Positions 50,191 to 64,000 of a DNA stretch of 64,000 bases are shown piece by piece. Under the pieces are notes generated by a model. That model was given only the letters and a program-made list of their open reading frames with translations, was not told the DNA's origin and did not search any database. Origin of the DNA: Anthoceros angustus (lineage: Eukaryota; Plantae; Anthocerotophyta). Each line of letters opens with the position of its first letter. Within the stretch, counting starts at the first letter, position 1. Made by a program: the position numbers and the translations under genes. The DNA lies in the NCBI GenBank assembly GCA_010909165.1, contig MU008169.1, positions 1 through 64,000 on the forward strand. The letters are read 5' to 3'.

Positions 50191-52799
50191 CTAATTAGAC
50201 ACAATCGGTTAGGCAGTGGGAAAGGAAAAAAAAGCGGTTCCATAGGCGATTCGCATCGATCTCACCCGGTCCCCTCAGAATTTCCCTCTCACATGCGTTG
50301 AGCACCCTTTACCACTAGTCACCCCAGGGCGGAGCTTGGTCACTCGGCTCTCGACCATCCAGGATCTCCCGGCCCTCTTGTGAGAGGGGCCACGAATCAG
50401 CCCGTCATGGATCGGATGCCTCCAACCAACCAGCACCAATTCGACACACGGAGCTCACACAGAAATTGTCTAACGAGAGAGGCCGAAGGGTCTCTTGTAC
50501 ATCCGCCACGGAGCGCGAACTCACTTTTCCGGTGTCTAAAGATGGCTAACCTACCTCCGGTGTCTAAAGATGGTTAACCTACCACAGCGCGCCTACCAAT
50601 TCGGGTATCTACAGGTTCACAGCTTTCCTAGCTCATTATCCTCTAATGCAAGTGAAAGCCGCTGACCTATGATGCCGCCCCCCCTCTAAAATCAGCGCCC
50701 GCCTCATTTATTCGCCTAGCCCTGCGGCCCATGGGTGTTCCCCTCGCTCTCCTACCACGCCTCTGATCCGAAAGATTCTCCCTTAATACCTCCACCTCAC
50801 TTCCGCTATCCGAGGTCCTCTCACTCCTGCAAGGAGGTGCCGCCCGTCTACTGCCCCGCGCACGTTGCCTCGCCCTTCATCCGGACAGCCAAACATTGCG
50901 TTCCTCCATCCACACTCAAGTCTCATCTCTCTTCACTTATACCTCTCCGCTAGCTTCTTGAACTTCTCAGGTGGCATCTCCACTTGTTCACAGGCTTTCC
51001 TAGCTCATTATCCTCTAATGCAAGTGAAAGCACGACCTATGATGCCGCCTCTAAAATCAGCGCCCGCCTCCATTGCCGCCTAGCCCTGCGGCCCATGGGT
51101 GTTCCCCGCCTCCTACCACGCCTCGATCCGAAGATTCTCCTTAATACCTCCACCTCACTTCCGCTATCCGAGGTCCTCTCACCTGCAAGGAGGTGCCGCC
51201 TCGCCCCGCGCACGTTGCCTCGCCCTTCATCACGGACAGCCAAACATTGCGTTCCTCCATCCACACTCAAGTCTCATCTCTTCCACTTATACCTCTCCGC
51301 TAGCTTCTTGAACTTCTCGAGGTGGCAGATCTCCACTTGTTCTGGCTTGTGAAATTTCATTCGAGCTCCTCATTCGTCGCATCGCCTCCTTCACTTAACT
51401 TCACTGATCCGCGGTTGCGAACTTATTTTGGCCCCAGAAATCTCGCAGTCACGGTACCAAGGTGCGGTCTTCTTCCAATTGCGCTCCAACTCTGCTGGTG
51501 CTCTCACTTTATCAACCGACTCAACTAGGGTTGTTATCTCCCCCAGCTGTATCTATCGTTCCATATCGGCCACCGTTGTGGAACTAGCCACCTCCCACTT
51601 CCTGCGCCATTCTTGAATGAAGGATCCCCAACTTATATAGACAATTTTATTCCTAAAATCCCAAGGTCCAAGGACCTTCTAGCCTAACATGACATTCACA
51701 GTTCGAGGTCCAAGGACTAAAAGTAATATTGTCATGGGCCAAGGACCTCTTTTAGTATAAGAGGCCTTGCCTCGGACATTTCCTAAGCACTCCATCATAC
51801 AAAACATAAGAAAACAAAAAACATTCAAACCAACGGTCCGGGGGTTAGTGTACATGTGGTCCTCCACTGATGCACGTCCCCCCGATTTCGGCGAGGGTCT
51901 CGGGCGTAGTGTGTGGCGGCGGGGACGAGCTCGTCTGCTGGATACTTCTTCGGCCAGTGGGCTTGGGATTGGATCACGGTGTTGGATCGACCTTCCTTGG
52001 CGGTGGAAGTGGTGGGAGCCCTGCCCCAGGTGCGCCGAAAAGATCGTCATTGGGATGAGATCGTCGTTTGCCCCAAGTTATATAGACTAGGAAGCGGGTC
52101 CTTTTACTAATGGCACTTTTGTAGAGAGGAGAGATTTTGTCGTCGGTTTGTTTTACTACGAGTTTTGGGTCCATTTATTATTTTCAAGTATAGCCCATGA
52201 CTTTACAACATGAGGCTAGGGTTCTACTACCAAGGTGTATTTCGCCATAGGTTAAATATTGTGATGACGTGGCACAGCCAATTGTTATTTACCATGCATG
52301 CTTTATAACAAGCGTGGATTTGCGACGGGGATCTTTACAATGGTCCACGGGTCTTTTCCTACGCATCGAGAAGTTACAATGAGGTTTGGTATTTCACAAC
52401 GCTTGCCTTTACAGCAGGACAATGAACATTTAGAACGGAGCATGTTTTACAACGGGACGTGGTGTTTTACAACACACGTTTTTACAACGCCGAAATACAT
52501 GAAATACAACATACCGGGTTTCATGATGCGAGCTCGTGATTTACAATATGGTCATTCACAATGACACTGAATTTACCACGATGCTATGGACTTAACAACA
52601 ATGTCATTATGTATTAATTAGAGTTGTGTGCAATGGGGGGTTACGGTGAGGCTTTTCAAGGTGAGGGTTTCCTCCTCATGGCGCTTTATTGATTCATATA
52701 TGGGCCACATGTATCGGTCGGTCCCTAGCTACCACCTATATGCAACATGCCATCGTAACATCGAGCCCTACCCAAAGCAGACTCTATATGCATCGACGA

Positions 52800-53155
52800 T
52801 GGTTGAGCCGGATGCGGTGGTGGTCGGATCTCCATTTGTGGCGGTACCCTCTCTACATGTACTCTCCTACATGAGGTCGGAGGATCACGGTGGTGGGCGG
52901 ATCCCGTTGTGGCGCTACCCCTCTTTACATGTGCTCTCCTACATGAGATCAAGCCGGATCACGATGGCGGTGGGTCCCCGTTCTGTTGTCCTTTCTTTAC
53001 ATGCGCTCTCATACATGAGCTCGATTCGAATGCAAGTGGCCAAGTCCTGTTTGTGGCGGTACCCTCTCTACACGTGCTCTTCTATATGAGGTCGAGCCGG
53101 ATGCGGTGGTGGACGGATCCCGTTTGTCCCTTCTCTACATGCGCTTTTCTAGATG
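52800..53155. repeat. ~68-bp diverged tandem array (also ~53945-54295 and ~62060-62410)
   Basis: About 5 units of GAGCCGGATGCGGTGGTGG..CCCTCTCTACATGTGCTCTCCTACATGAG. Confidence 0.85.
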
Positions 53156-55258
53156 AGACCGACATATGACTTTGTGCTTAAGTCCACAACATGAGCATAT
53201 ACTCAAAGGGCAAGTCGAGGAGAGGCCTCGCAGTGCCCCTACTAAAATTTGTTACAATTCTAATTTTTATCCAAAATATAGATTCAATTGACCCCATCGC
53301 AACACTAGTTGGAGGTGTAGTCTGAGTTTTGGGTCCATTTATTATTTTCAAGTATAGCCATGACTTTACAACATGAGGCTAGGGTTCTACTACCAAGGTG
53401 TATTTCGCCATAGGTTAAATATTGTGATGACGTGCAATTGTTATTTACCATGCGGGCACTTAAACAGCTTTATAACAAGCGTGGATTTGCGGGGATCTTT
53501 ACAATGGTCCACGGGTCTTTTCCATCGAGAAGTTACAATGAGGTTTGGTATTTCACAACGCTTTAGAGACAATGAACATTTAGAACGGAGCATGTTTACA
53601 GCGGGCGTGGTGTTTTACAACACACGTTTTACAACGCCGAAATACATGAAATACAACATACCGGGTTTCATGATGCGAGCTCGTGATTTACATATGGTCA
53701 TTCACAATGACCGAATTTACCACGATGCTATGGACTTAACAATGTCATTATGTATTAATTAGAGTTGTGTGCAATGGGGGTTCTGAGTGAGGCTTTTCAA
53801 GGTGAGGGTTTCCTCCTCATGGCCGCTTTATTGATTCATATATGGGCCACATGTATCGGTCGGTCCCTAGCTACCACCTATATGCAACATGCCATCATCG
53901 AACATCGAGCCCTACCCAAAGCAGACTCTATGCATCGACACGATGGTTGAGCCGGATGCGGTGGTGGTCGGATCTCCATTTGTGGCGGTACCCTTCTCTA
54001 CATGTACTCTCCTACATGAGGTCGAGCCGGATGCGGTGGTGGACGGATCCCGTTGTGGCGCTACCCCTCTTTACATGTGCTCTCCTACATGAGATCAAGC
54101 CGGATCACGGTGTAATGGGTCCCCGTTCTTACCGTCCTTTCTTTACATGCGCTCTCATGAGCTCGATTGCGATGGCGGCCAAGTCCTGTTTGTGGCAGTC
54201 CCTCTCTACGTGCTCTTCTATATGAGGTCGGGCAGAATCTGACGGCGGCGGATCCCGTTTGTCCCTTCTCTACATGCGCTTTTCTAGATGAGACCGACAT
54301 ATGACTTTGTGCTTAAGTCCACAACATGAGCATATACTCAAAGGGCAAGTCGAGGAGAGGCCTCGCAGTGCCCCTACTAAAATTTGTTCTAATTTTTATC
54401 CAAAAATATAGATTCAATTGACCCCATCGCAACACTAGTTGAGGGTGTAGTCGAGTTTTACCCAAATTTGATGCCAACAAGACCATTCAAATTTGGATAA
54501 TACTAATGAAGACTTTATTGTATTTTCACTATACTAACTCACAACTAAGACGATCGACTCCACGCCTAGATGCACCCGACTCGACTCCACGGAGATGGCG
54601 GGTTTCGGCTGAACTCTGGAGTGGCATGCCACAAATTGGCGGATGCTCATGAGCATGAGTGAGCACAGCTCGTGAGCACACAACTATGCTCATGGCCATC
54701 ACTGCAGATCAAAAGCGATAGAGGGCAGCCAACCTGAAGCTCGAATCCAACATTCTCGTGAGGAGCAACGATGTGAGAGGCTACTACAGACCCCGCTGCT
54801 CACAACCACACCAACCGGCTGGCTAAGGAGCAAAGTCCCTACTTGCTGCAGTATGCACACAATCTGGTAGGCTGATTTTTATGCCGATGCAATCTTGGAG
54901 TAGGCTAGGATGGAGGGTATCAGAGATGTGATGGTAGTCGGATGCTGCCCTTAATAGAATGTTGTTTACGTGTATCGATTATCTCATGTTTAGTTGAAGG
55001 ATGCATGTTAGATTACAGCTGGAGGATACTTGTGTTGTTGGCTGGTATGTGTACTCTGACTGTGGGAGGATTTTTTGTTGTGTCGCTGATAAGTTAGAGG
55101 CCATCGTTGAAGCGACAATTAGGGGAAGGAAGCGTATACCATGGACCATACCGAATATGAATTTTACATTGTATGCACGAGAGAGTCTTTTCCTACGGAC
55201 ACAAACATAGGGTGCTTATTATGGGTGTTTTACTACGTGCGTAGTAAAGATAGTAAAA

Positions 55259-58200
55259 ATCATTGTGATGTCCGTAGTAAAACCACCCATTTTCTAGTAG
55301 TGCATGTAACAATGTTGTTCCTCCTCTCCTCTTTGCACCTTGGTGCACGACAATCGTTTGACCCGTTGCGAGAGAGATTATCGCTTGGAATGTACATATT
55401 GCGGCTATACATCAAGATGACGGTGAAGTAGTCTTTGACTTGGTTCAGACAATGAGAGAGGATAGTGTACGGCCAGATGGCATCACATAAGTTCCTCAGT
55501 GTGCTCACAATTTGTAGTCATGCGGGTCTAGTGGAAAAGGGGCGGGTGTGCTTTGAGGCTATGAGTAGACAATATGGAATTATCCCCATGAAAGACCGCT
55601 ATAAATGTACATGGTGAATCACATATTTTCAGTTTTCAAATTATGCAAGAATCCACATCTTTTTTCGTCTTCTCCTTGCTTTCTCTCTGTGTTGCTTTCT
55701 CGCTTGCACAACAAACTTTTTCCCTTTCTCCCTGGAGCCTTTCTTCCCTTGCCCCCCTTCGCCCCGTTCTTTTCCCACTTTTTGTTCCTGACCTTCCCTT
55801 CTACCGGTTCTTGCCAGATGCACATCCTTTTACCTCCTCCTCACCCCTCCCAAACTTTTGCTAAGTTGAGTTAAGAACCTATGGTTTTTATAAAAAAAAA
55901 ATTGCAGTCTAAAATATGAAATTATTATTAAATAGTAAGTCTCAGATTAGAATATTACATATTAAGAAATAGTACAAATGCATTAAAAGAAATAAAACTA
56001 TTATCAAATGACAAGTTTCAAATTAGAAATTATATATTAAGAAATACTAATTTGGGTTTGTCACCTAGTATATAATAAGTCCAATCTTGAGTTGTTACTC
56101 AAGAATGTAAATTCAATTAGGTTAGTCACATAAGGATAGAAGTCACCTTATAGGTGGTTTGTTTTGCTTAAAGTAGAGAGCAAATAATAGAACGCATTGG
56201 CGAGATCAAGGACGTGAAGGCGTCTTAAGTTTATAAGTCATTATATGCTCCAAGTCAGCGTGGTGTAACGCATTCCTAGCTCGCATCAACGAGTACTATT
56301 ATGCGTGATGGAGAGAAATCAATGAACCCTTTTTTTGGTGAGTTAAGATTAAGAGATGTTTTCCGATTATGTTGTCCATACACGATTTCCATGTGCAAAA
56401 TCTTGTGGTGCAAGACTTATTTTACTATCCATTATTCAACATGTGTTTTGTGCGACTCGCATAAAGAAGATGATGCGAGACGAATAGTAGGGAAGATTGC
56501 ATCTGCGACTCCCATCCTTATTTGTAAGTCCACCCTCTTTCTTTTCTAAATCTTAACTTTTCCTTAAGATAAGTTAAGCAAACTAAGGTTAAGTTAAGAA
56601 TCATTTGAGCATATACCTTCAATAAATAGATAGACAAATAGGATAGATAGATAGGTAAACACTGCAAAATCTTAGACAAGAGAATTTTCAATTAGTAACT
56701 TTTTGTTGTAGCTGAATTTGTGGAGGTTTTCTTACAAGACGGTGTAGTAAGACGGCCCATCACCTCGAGATAGGATCCAAGACTATGCACCTCATTTGTA
56801 AGCAATTTTTATTCTCTTGTCTCTTTTGTGCTCATGATCAGCAGTGCACCTTTGGGACTATGTTCCCAACTCGACAATTGATGCTTCTTTGAGATCTCAT
56901 TGTGAATGCTTTGTGGGCTTTCTATTTGCGAAAGCAATGCATACAATCAAATAATGTGTTCGACTTCTTACGAGATTTTATTTGGAAGTTCGGACATTGT
57001 GGTTGAGAAGAAACCTTTGGAAAAAAGGTACATTTTACGTAATGTAACCTAGCAATTGCCTCGTGATGATCCATGATTGGTAATTCTCGGAGTAATTATG
57101 TTTGCTCATGACTTGGACATGGTTGCGAAAGCAATGCATACAATCAAATAATGTGTTCGACTTCTTACGATTTTATTTCGGAAGTTCTTGTGGTTGAGAA
57201 GAAGAGCCTTTGGAAAAAAGGTACATTTTACGTAATGTAACCTAGCAATTGCCTCGTGATGATCCATGATTGGTAATTCTGAGTAATTATGTTTGCTCAC
57301 TTGTTGGACATGGTTGCGGGGAAGCGAAGATGTTAATGATAGCGAGGAAAAGGAAAAGGAGTTTGTTCAACGCCAAAATCGGATAGCGAGGAGGAGAAGG
57401 CATTAAGCGACCAAAATCATGAGTCCCGAATCTCATAGACTAATAGTTTGTGCGGAATGCCAATCGTTTTGATCGACGCACCTTTTGATGGAAAAGGTTG
57501 CTAGAGCACGTAGGGATTCGTGGGCGACATCATAGAGATTTGTCAAAGGGCTGCAAGTATGCCATTTGTGAGAACACTTCATTTCTCGATGGTTGGGTTG
57601 GTTTGTCCTTACTCTTATCCTTTGATTGATTTAGGAATTGCAACTAGGACTGGTGGAGGTCAAGGAAGAGGCAAAGAAAAGGCCGGTAGCGAGAATAGTA
57701 GAGAGAGACATGTCATGAATTCACGGTGACAATCTACCATTGCACCTATTGGCTAGCCGGAAAAGGCGTAGAAACTACCATTTAGGTATAACCTAAGCTT
57801 GAGCTAGGATACCAATGAAGAGTCTCCTAGCAATTTCGGGGCATCAATTATTCTTGTATTAAAACAAATAGTCTAGAAGAGTATGTATAGAGGACTTGAT
57901 AGTTTGTGTGAGTGATATCATATATATGATAGATGTTAAGAAGCTTGGTATGTTAAGATGTTGAGGCGGACGAGAGGCGAGGAGGATGAGACTCTTTGCA
58001 TTCTCAAATTAAGTTAAATATATGTAAATGATAAAAATTATACATGACTTAGAACTCATTCTAACATCTTCATTTGTTAGTGAATTTGTCAAGTATATTG
58101 TATTGCACTTAATTTTAAAAGCCCCACATGATCTTACAATAGTGGAGATAAGCCTAAGAGGCCACAGGAACTTTGTGAGGCTTTGGGGAACTTTACAACT

Positions 58201-61200
58201 AGGCTTTGAGGAACTTTACAACTAGGCTTTGGGGAACCTTACAACAACAACTCATTGAGATAGCCACCTAAAAAAGGCGGAGAACTTTACAAGAGCGGCC
58301 TATTGAGGACAAAGATTGCACCTTAGCACAAGGCCACCAAGGACCAAAAATAACTGGGATATATAATAACTTATCCCAATATTAATCAAACCAAAAATAC
58401 CTTAACCAAGGAGTTTGATTGAAGTCATGGCTAAAATCTCCGTGTAGCTAAGTAGGTAATTGTTTTGTCCATTGCTCATACTATAAAGTTGGCTCTCCTC
58501 ATGAAAAAACAAATGTTCGCTCATGCATATTATAAAGCTCTGGCTCGTTGTTACTCATCGGATATTACAAAGCTTTGTGCTCTCCGTTACTTTATCCGCT
58601 ATCGTACCTATTCCAATTTCCAGCTCGAGCCGGTAGCCAGCCATGTAGACTAGGTACCTACTAGGAGATAGGTGTATGGATAGCCTGGTAAAATTGCGGC
58701 CAGTGCATGGTTTTGGGAGGCCGCCATTTGCGTTCTCCGACCATGGTGTCGACCATGGCTCCCTACTGGAATCAATGTGTGGAATGGGGTTTTGTGTCCA
58801 AAAGGCCAAGGAGGCCACATTTACCCTCTATGTCGCTATAGTCCTAGGATTTGATCCCAAGGGAATGGTTTTGTGTCAAGATGTTCCAAAACTATGGATT
58901 CTAGTCTTCCTACAATCGGTTCCTACCCATAATCAACTACCGTGTCCAAGACCCGCGTGGTGGGTTCGCCACCGCCGTGGTGGATTCGGCCACGCCGTGG
59001 TGGATTGGCCACGCCGTGGTGGATTCGGCCGCCGTGGTGGATTCGGCCACCGCCGTGGTGGGTTCGCCACCGTGGTGGTGGGACCAACGTGGTGGGACCC
59101 ACCCGACCGCGCGCGCGCGTCGCGATCAACGATTTGGCGCCGGTTCCATTGCTACGCTAAGGGCTATGGTCCTATGCACACAGTTCACATGTACACCGAG
59201 TCACACTCATGTGGATTCACACCGAGCTCACCGGTGGATGCACACCATGGCCACGCGCGGCACCTCACTCCGTCCCGACCCCACAATTTATTCCCAACCT
59301 TCCTCGGCGTTCGCGTTTCTAGACTCTCGCTCACCACTTCCTAAACTCCCTTCATACAACGACTCACTCACCCCCTTTCTTCTAGGACCTCATACACCAC
59401 CGCACAAGATGTTCCCACGGATCCTCCTCTCTCGGGCCACAGACCTCTCTTGGGCCACCACGGCCTCACTTGGGCCTCACAGACCCCTGGGCCACAGACC
59501 CCTCCTTGGGCCACACGGACCCCCCCTTGGGCCACACAGACCTCCTTAGGCCACACAGACCCCCCCTGTGCACTTCTAATTAGACACAATCTGGTTAGGC
59601 AGTGGGTAGGGAAAAGGAAAAATAGCTGGTCGGTTCCATAGGCGATTCGCACATCTGCGATCTCACCCCGGTCCCCTACGGGAATTTCCCTCTCCTGGCA
59701 TGCGTTGAGCACCCTTCACCACTAGTCACCCCAGACGCGGAGCTTGGTCACTCAGCTCTCGACCATCCAGGGATCTCCCCGGCCCTCTTGTGACGAGAGG
59801 ACAGCACACCGAATCAGCCCGTCATCGATCGGATGCCTCCAACCAACCACGCGCACAAATTCGACACACGGGAGCTCACACCTGAAATTGTCTAACGAGA
59901 GAGACGCGAAGGGGTCTCTTGTACATCCGGCTGCGGAGCGCCAGAACTCACTTTTCCAGTGTCTAAAGATGGCTAACCTACCTCCAGTATCTAAAGATGG
60001 TTAACCTACCACGCGCCTACCAATTCGGGTATCTATGAGTTCACAGCTTTCCTAGCTCATTATCCTCTAATGCAAGTGGCACGACCTATGATCCGCCTCT
60101 AAAATCAGCGCGCGCCCGCCTCATGTGCTGCCTAGCCCTGCGGCCCATGGGTGTTCCTCGCTCTCCTACCACGCCTCTGATCCGAAAGATTCTCCCTTAA
60201 TACCTCCACCTCACTTCCGCTATCCGAGGTCCTCTCACTCCTGCCAGAAGGTGCCGCCCGTCTACTGCCCTGCGCTCGTTGCCTCGCCCTTCATCACTGG
60301 ACAGCCAAACAGTGCGTTCCTCCATCCACACTCAAGTCTCATCTCTCTTCCACTTATACCTCTCCGCTAGCTTCTTGAACTTCTCCAGGTGGCATCTCCA
60401 CTTGTTCTGGGCTTGTGAAATTTCATTCGAGCTCCTCATTCGTCGCTTCGCCTCCTACCACGCCCGATCCGAAAGATTCTCCCTTAATACCTCCACCTCA
60501 CTTCCGCTATCCGAGGTCCTCTCACTCCTCGCAAGGAGGTGCCCCACCGCCCCGTGACGCTGCCTCGCCCTTCATCACCGGACAGCCAAACATTGCGCTC
60601 CTCCATCCACACTCAAGTCTCATCTCTCTTCCACTTATACCTCTCCGCTAGCTTCTTGAACTTCTCCAGGTGGCAGATCTCCACTTGTTCTGGGCTTGTG
60701 AAATTTCATTCGAGCTCCTCATTCGTCGCATGCGCCTCCTTCCTTAACTTCTGCGGTCACCGGTTGCGAACTTCACTTTGGCCTTGAAATCTCGCAGAGT
60801 CACGGTACCAAGGTGCGGTCTTCTTCCAATTGCGCTCCAACTCGCTGGTGCTCGGCTCCTTTATCAACCCCGGCTCGCAACTAGGGTTGTTATCTCCCCC
60901 AGCCCGTATCTATCGTTCCATATCGGCCACCGTTGTGGAACTAGCCACCTCCCACTTCCTGCCACTATTCTTGAATGAAGGATCCCCCAACTTATATAGA
61001 CAATTTTTATTCCTAAAAATCCCAAGGTCCAAGGACCTTCTAGCCTAGCCTGACATTCACAGGTTCGAGGTCCAAGGACTAAAAAGTAATATTGTCATGG
61101 GCCAAGGACCTCTTTTAGTATAAGAGGCCTTGCCTCAGACATTTCCTAAGCACTCCATCATACAAAACATAAGAAAAACAAAAAAAAACATTCAAACCAA

Positions 61201-63341
61201 CAGTCCGGGGGTTAGTGTACATGTGGTCCTCCACTCGATGCACGTCCCCTCCACATTCTTGGGGTCTCGGGCGTAGTGTGTGGCAGCAGCACGAGCTCTC
61301 GCTGGATACTTCTTGGCCAGTGCGCTTGGATTGGATCACATGTTGGATCGACCTTCCTTGGCGGTGGAAGAGTGGGCGGAAGCCCTGCCTCGCGCTTCAT
61401 GCGAAAGATCGTCATTGGGATGAGATCGTCGCTTGCCCCAAGTTATATAGACTAGAAGCGGGTCCTTTTACTAATGGCACTTTTGTAGAGAGGAGAGATT
61501 TTGTCGTCGGTTTGTTTTACTGAGTTTTGGGTCCATTTATTATTTTCAAGTATAGCCCATGACTTTACAACATGAGGCTAGGGGTTCTACTACCAAGGTG
61601 TATTTCGCCATAGGTTAAATATTGTGATGACGTGGCAGCCCAATTGTTATTACCATGCGGCACTTAAACCGATTTACAACAAGCGTGGATTTGCGGAGGA
61701 TCTTTACAATGGTCCACGGGTCTTTTCCTCGCATCGAGAAGTTACAATGAGGTTTGGTATTTCACAACGCTTGCCTTTACACAGGATGCAGCTCGTGATT
61801 TACAATATGGTCATTCACAATGACCGAATTTACCACGATGCTATGGACTTAACAACAATGTCATTATGTATTAATTAGAGTTGTGTGCAATGGGGGTTAC
61901 GGTGAGGCTTTTCAAGGTGAGGGTTTCCTCCTCATGGCCGCTTTATTGATTCATATATGGGCCACATGTATCGGTCGGTCCTAGCTACCGACCTATATGC
62001 AACATGCCATCGGAACATCGAGCCCTACCCAAAACAGACTCTATGTCGCATCGACACCGATGGTTGAGCCGGATGCGGTGGTGGTCGGATCTCCATTTGT
62101 GTGCCTTCTCTACATGTACTCTCCTACATGAGGTCGAGCCGGATGCGGTGGTGGGCGGATCCCTTGTGGCGCTACCCCTCTTTACATGTGCTCTCCTACA
62201 TGAGATCAAGCCGGATGCGGTGGTGGGCGGATCCCGCTTGCAACGTCCCTTCTCTACATGCGCTCTCACATGAGCTCGATTGAATGCGATGCGAAGTCCT
62301 GTTTGTGTGTCCCTCTCTACACGTGCTCTTCTATGAGGTCGAGCCGAATCACGGTGGCGGCCGGATCCCGCTTGCAACGTCCCTTCTCTACATCGCTTTT
62401 CTAGATGAGACCGACATATGACTTTGTGCTTAAGTCCACAACATGAGCATATACTCAAAGGGCAAGTCGAGGAGAGGCCTCGCGAGGTGCCCCTACTAAA
62501 ATTTGTTACGTTCTAATTTTTATCCAAAATATAGATTCAATTGACCCCATCGCAACACTAGTTGTGGGGTGTAGTCTGAGGTTTTACCCAAATTTGATGC
62601 CAACAAGACCATTCAAATTTGGATAATACTAATGAAGACTTTATTGTATTTTCACTATACTAACTCACTTACAAGACTCAGGCCGATCGGCTCACGCCTA
62701 GATGCACCCGACCGACCCGGCCACGGAGATGGCGGGTTTCGCGCTGAACTCTGTGAGTGGCATGCCACAAATCGGCGGATGCTCATGAGCATGAGTGAGC
62801 ACAACTCGTGAGCACACAACTATGCTCATGGCCATCACCTGCATCAAGCGATAGAGGGCGACCAACAAGCTCGAATCCAACATTCTCGTGAGGAGCAACG
62901 ATGTGAGGCTACTACGGACTCACGCTCACAACCACACCAACCGGTGGCTAAGGAGCAAAGTCCCTACTTTTGCAGTGGCTGTAGTGGTGATTTTGCCGAT
63001 GCAATCTTGGAGTAGGCTAGGATGGAGGTATCTGTAGATGTGATGGTAGTCGATGCTGCCTTAATAGAATGTTGTTTACGTATCGATTATCTCATGTTTA
63101 GTTGAAGGATGCATGTTAGATTACATGGAGGATACTTGTGTTGTTGGTATGTGTACTCGGTGGAGGATTTTTTTGTCGATAAGTTAGAGGCCATAGTTGA
63201 AGCGACAATTAGGGAAGGAAGCGATACCATGGACCATACCGAATATGAATTTTACATTGTATGCACGAGAGTCTTTTCCTACGGACACAAACATAGGGTG
63301 CTTATTATGGGTGTTTTACTACGCGTAGTAAAGATAGTAAA
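55259..63341 (-). mobile_element. Unit H, copy 2 (8083 bp, empty A site); a third copy begins at 63342
   Basis: ATCATTGTGATGTCCGTAG at 12483, 55259 and 63342; single CAATG at 57813-17. Confidence 0.8.
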
Positions 63342-64000
63342 ATCATTGTGATGTCCGTAGTAAAACCACCCATTTTCTAGTAGTGCATGTAACAATGTTG
63401 TTCCTCCTCTCCTCTTTGCACCTTGGTGCACGGACAATCGTTTGACCCGTTGCGAGAGAGATTATCGCTTGGAATGTACATATTGCAGGCTATACATCAA
63501 GATGATGAAGTAGTCTTTGACTTGGTTCGAGACAATGAGAGAGGATAGTGTACGGCCGGATCCCTTGCAACGTCCCTTCTCTACATCGCTTTTCTAGATG
63601 AGACCGACATATGACTTTGTGCTTAAGTCCACAACATGAGCATATACTCAAAGGGCAAGTCGAGGAGAGGCCTCGCACGCAGTGCCCCTACTAAAATTTA
63701 TTACAATTCTAATTTTTATCCAAAATATAGATTCAATTGACCCCATCGCAACACTAGTTCTGGGTGTAGTCGAGGTTTTACCCAAATTTGATGCCAACAA
63801 GACCATTCAAATTTGGATAATACTAATGAAGACTTTATTGTATTTTCACTATACTAACTCACTTACAAGACTCAGGCCGATCGGCTCCACGCCTAGATGC
63901 ACCCGACCACTCGGCTCACGGAGATGGCGGGTTTCGCTTGAACTCTGTGAGTGGCATGCCACAAATCGGCGGATGCTCATGAGCATGAGTGAGCACAACT

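Larger units (their letters stand above)
48484..55258 (-). mobile_element. Unit H, copy 1 right part (probable long LTR region beginning TGAAGAG at 48487)
   Basis: Collinear with 57813-63341; rich in minisatellites; no coding motifs found. Confidence 0.7.

Noticed and set aside
58676-59549. 222-aa and 190-aa ORFs in H copy 2
   Set aside because: They arise from GC-rich repeats and the frames are not preserved in H copy 1.
48484-64000. 5S rRNA-containing (Cassandra-like) LTR, tRNA, rRNA or telomeric arrays
   Set aside because: No 5S, tRNA or (TTTAGGG)n sequence recognised by eye; an Infernal/tRNAscan run would be definitive.

Overview
Eukaryotic, most likely land-plant, DNA made entirely of nested transposable elements; no host gene, rRNA, tRNA or CRISPR array could be supported. 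The nest can be resolved from target-site duplications (TSDs). An ~8.1 kb tandemly repeated, apparently non-autonomous LTR-like unit (H) hosts Ty1/copia element A (14858-48483, minus strand, TSD CAATG, empty site at 57813-57817). A hosts copia B (19756-45861, plus strand, TSD TACAA). B hosts a ~21 kb TIR DNA transposon C (23844-44978, 22-bp TIRs, TSD TGTT). A third copia (D, 7268-12482) hosts a second, diverged TIR transposon S1 whose left end lies outside the window. C and S1 encode DDD transposases that look Sola2-like (family assignment from recalled motifs, needs confirming) and carry convergent spliced accessory genes; one has a SWIM finger plus a paralog of the transposase C-terminal (BAH-like?) domain. 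Copia A and B each carry an antisense, intron-containing ORF between pol and the PPT, and A has an extra 218-aa ORF before gag. Caveats: the sequence has many 1-nt deletions at CHG sites and many jump-back duplications with microhomology. Both may be long-read or assembly artefacts, so frameshifts and copy numbers should not be taken at face value.
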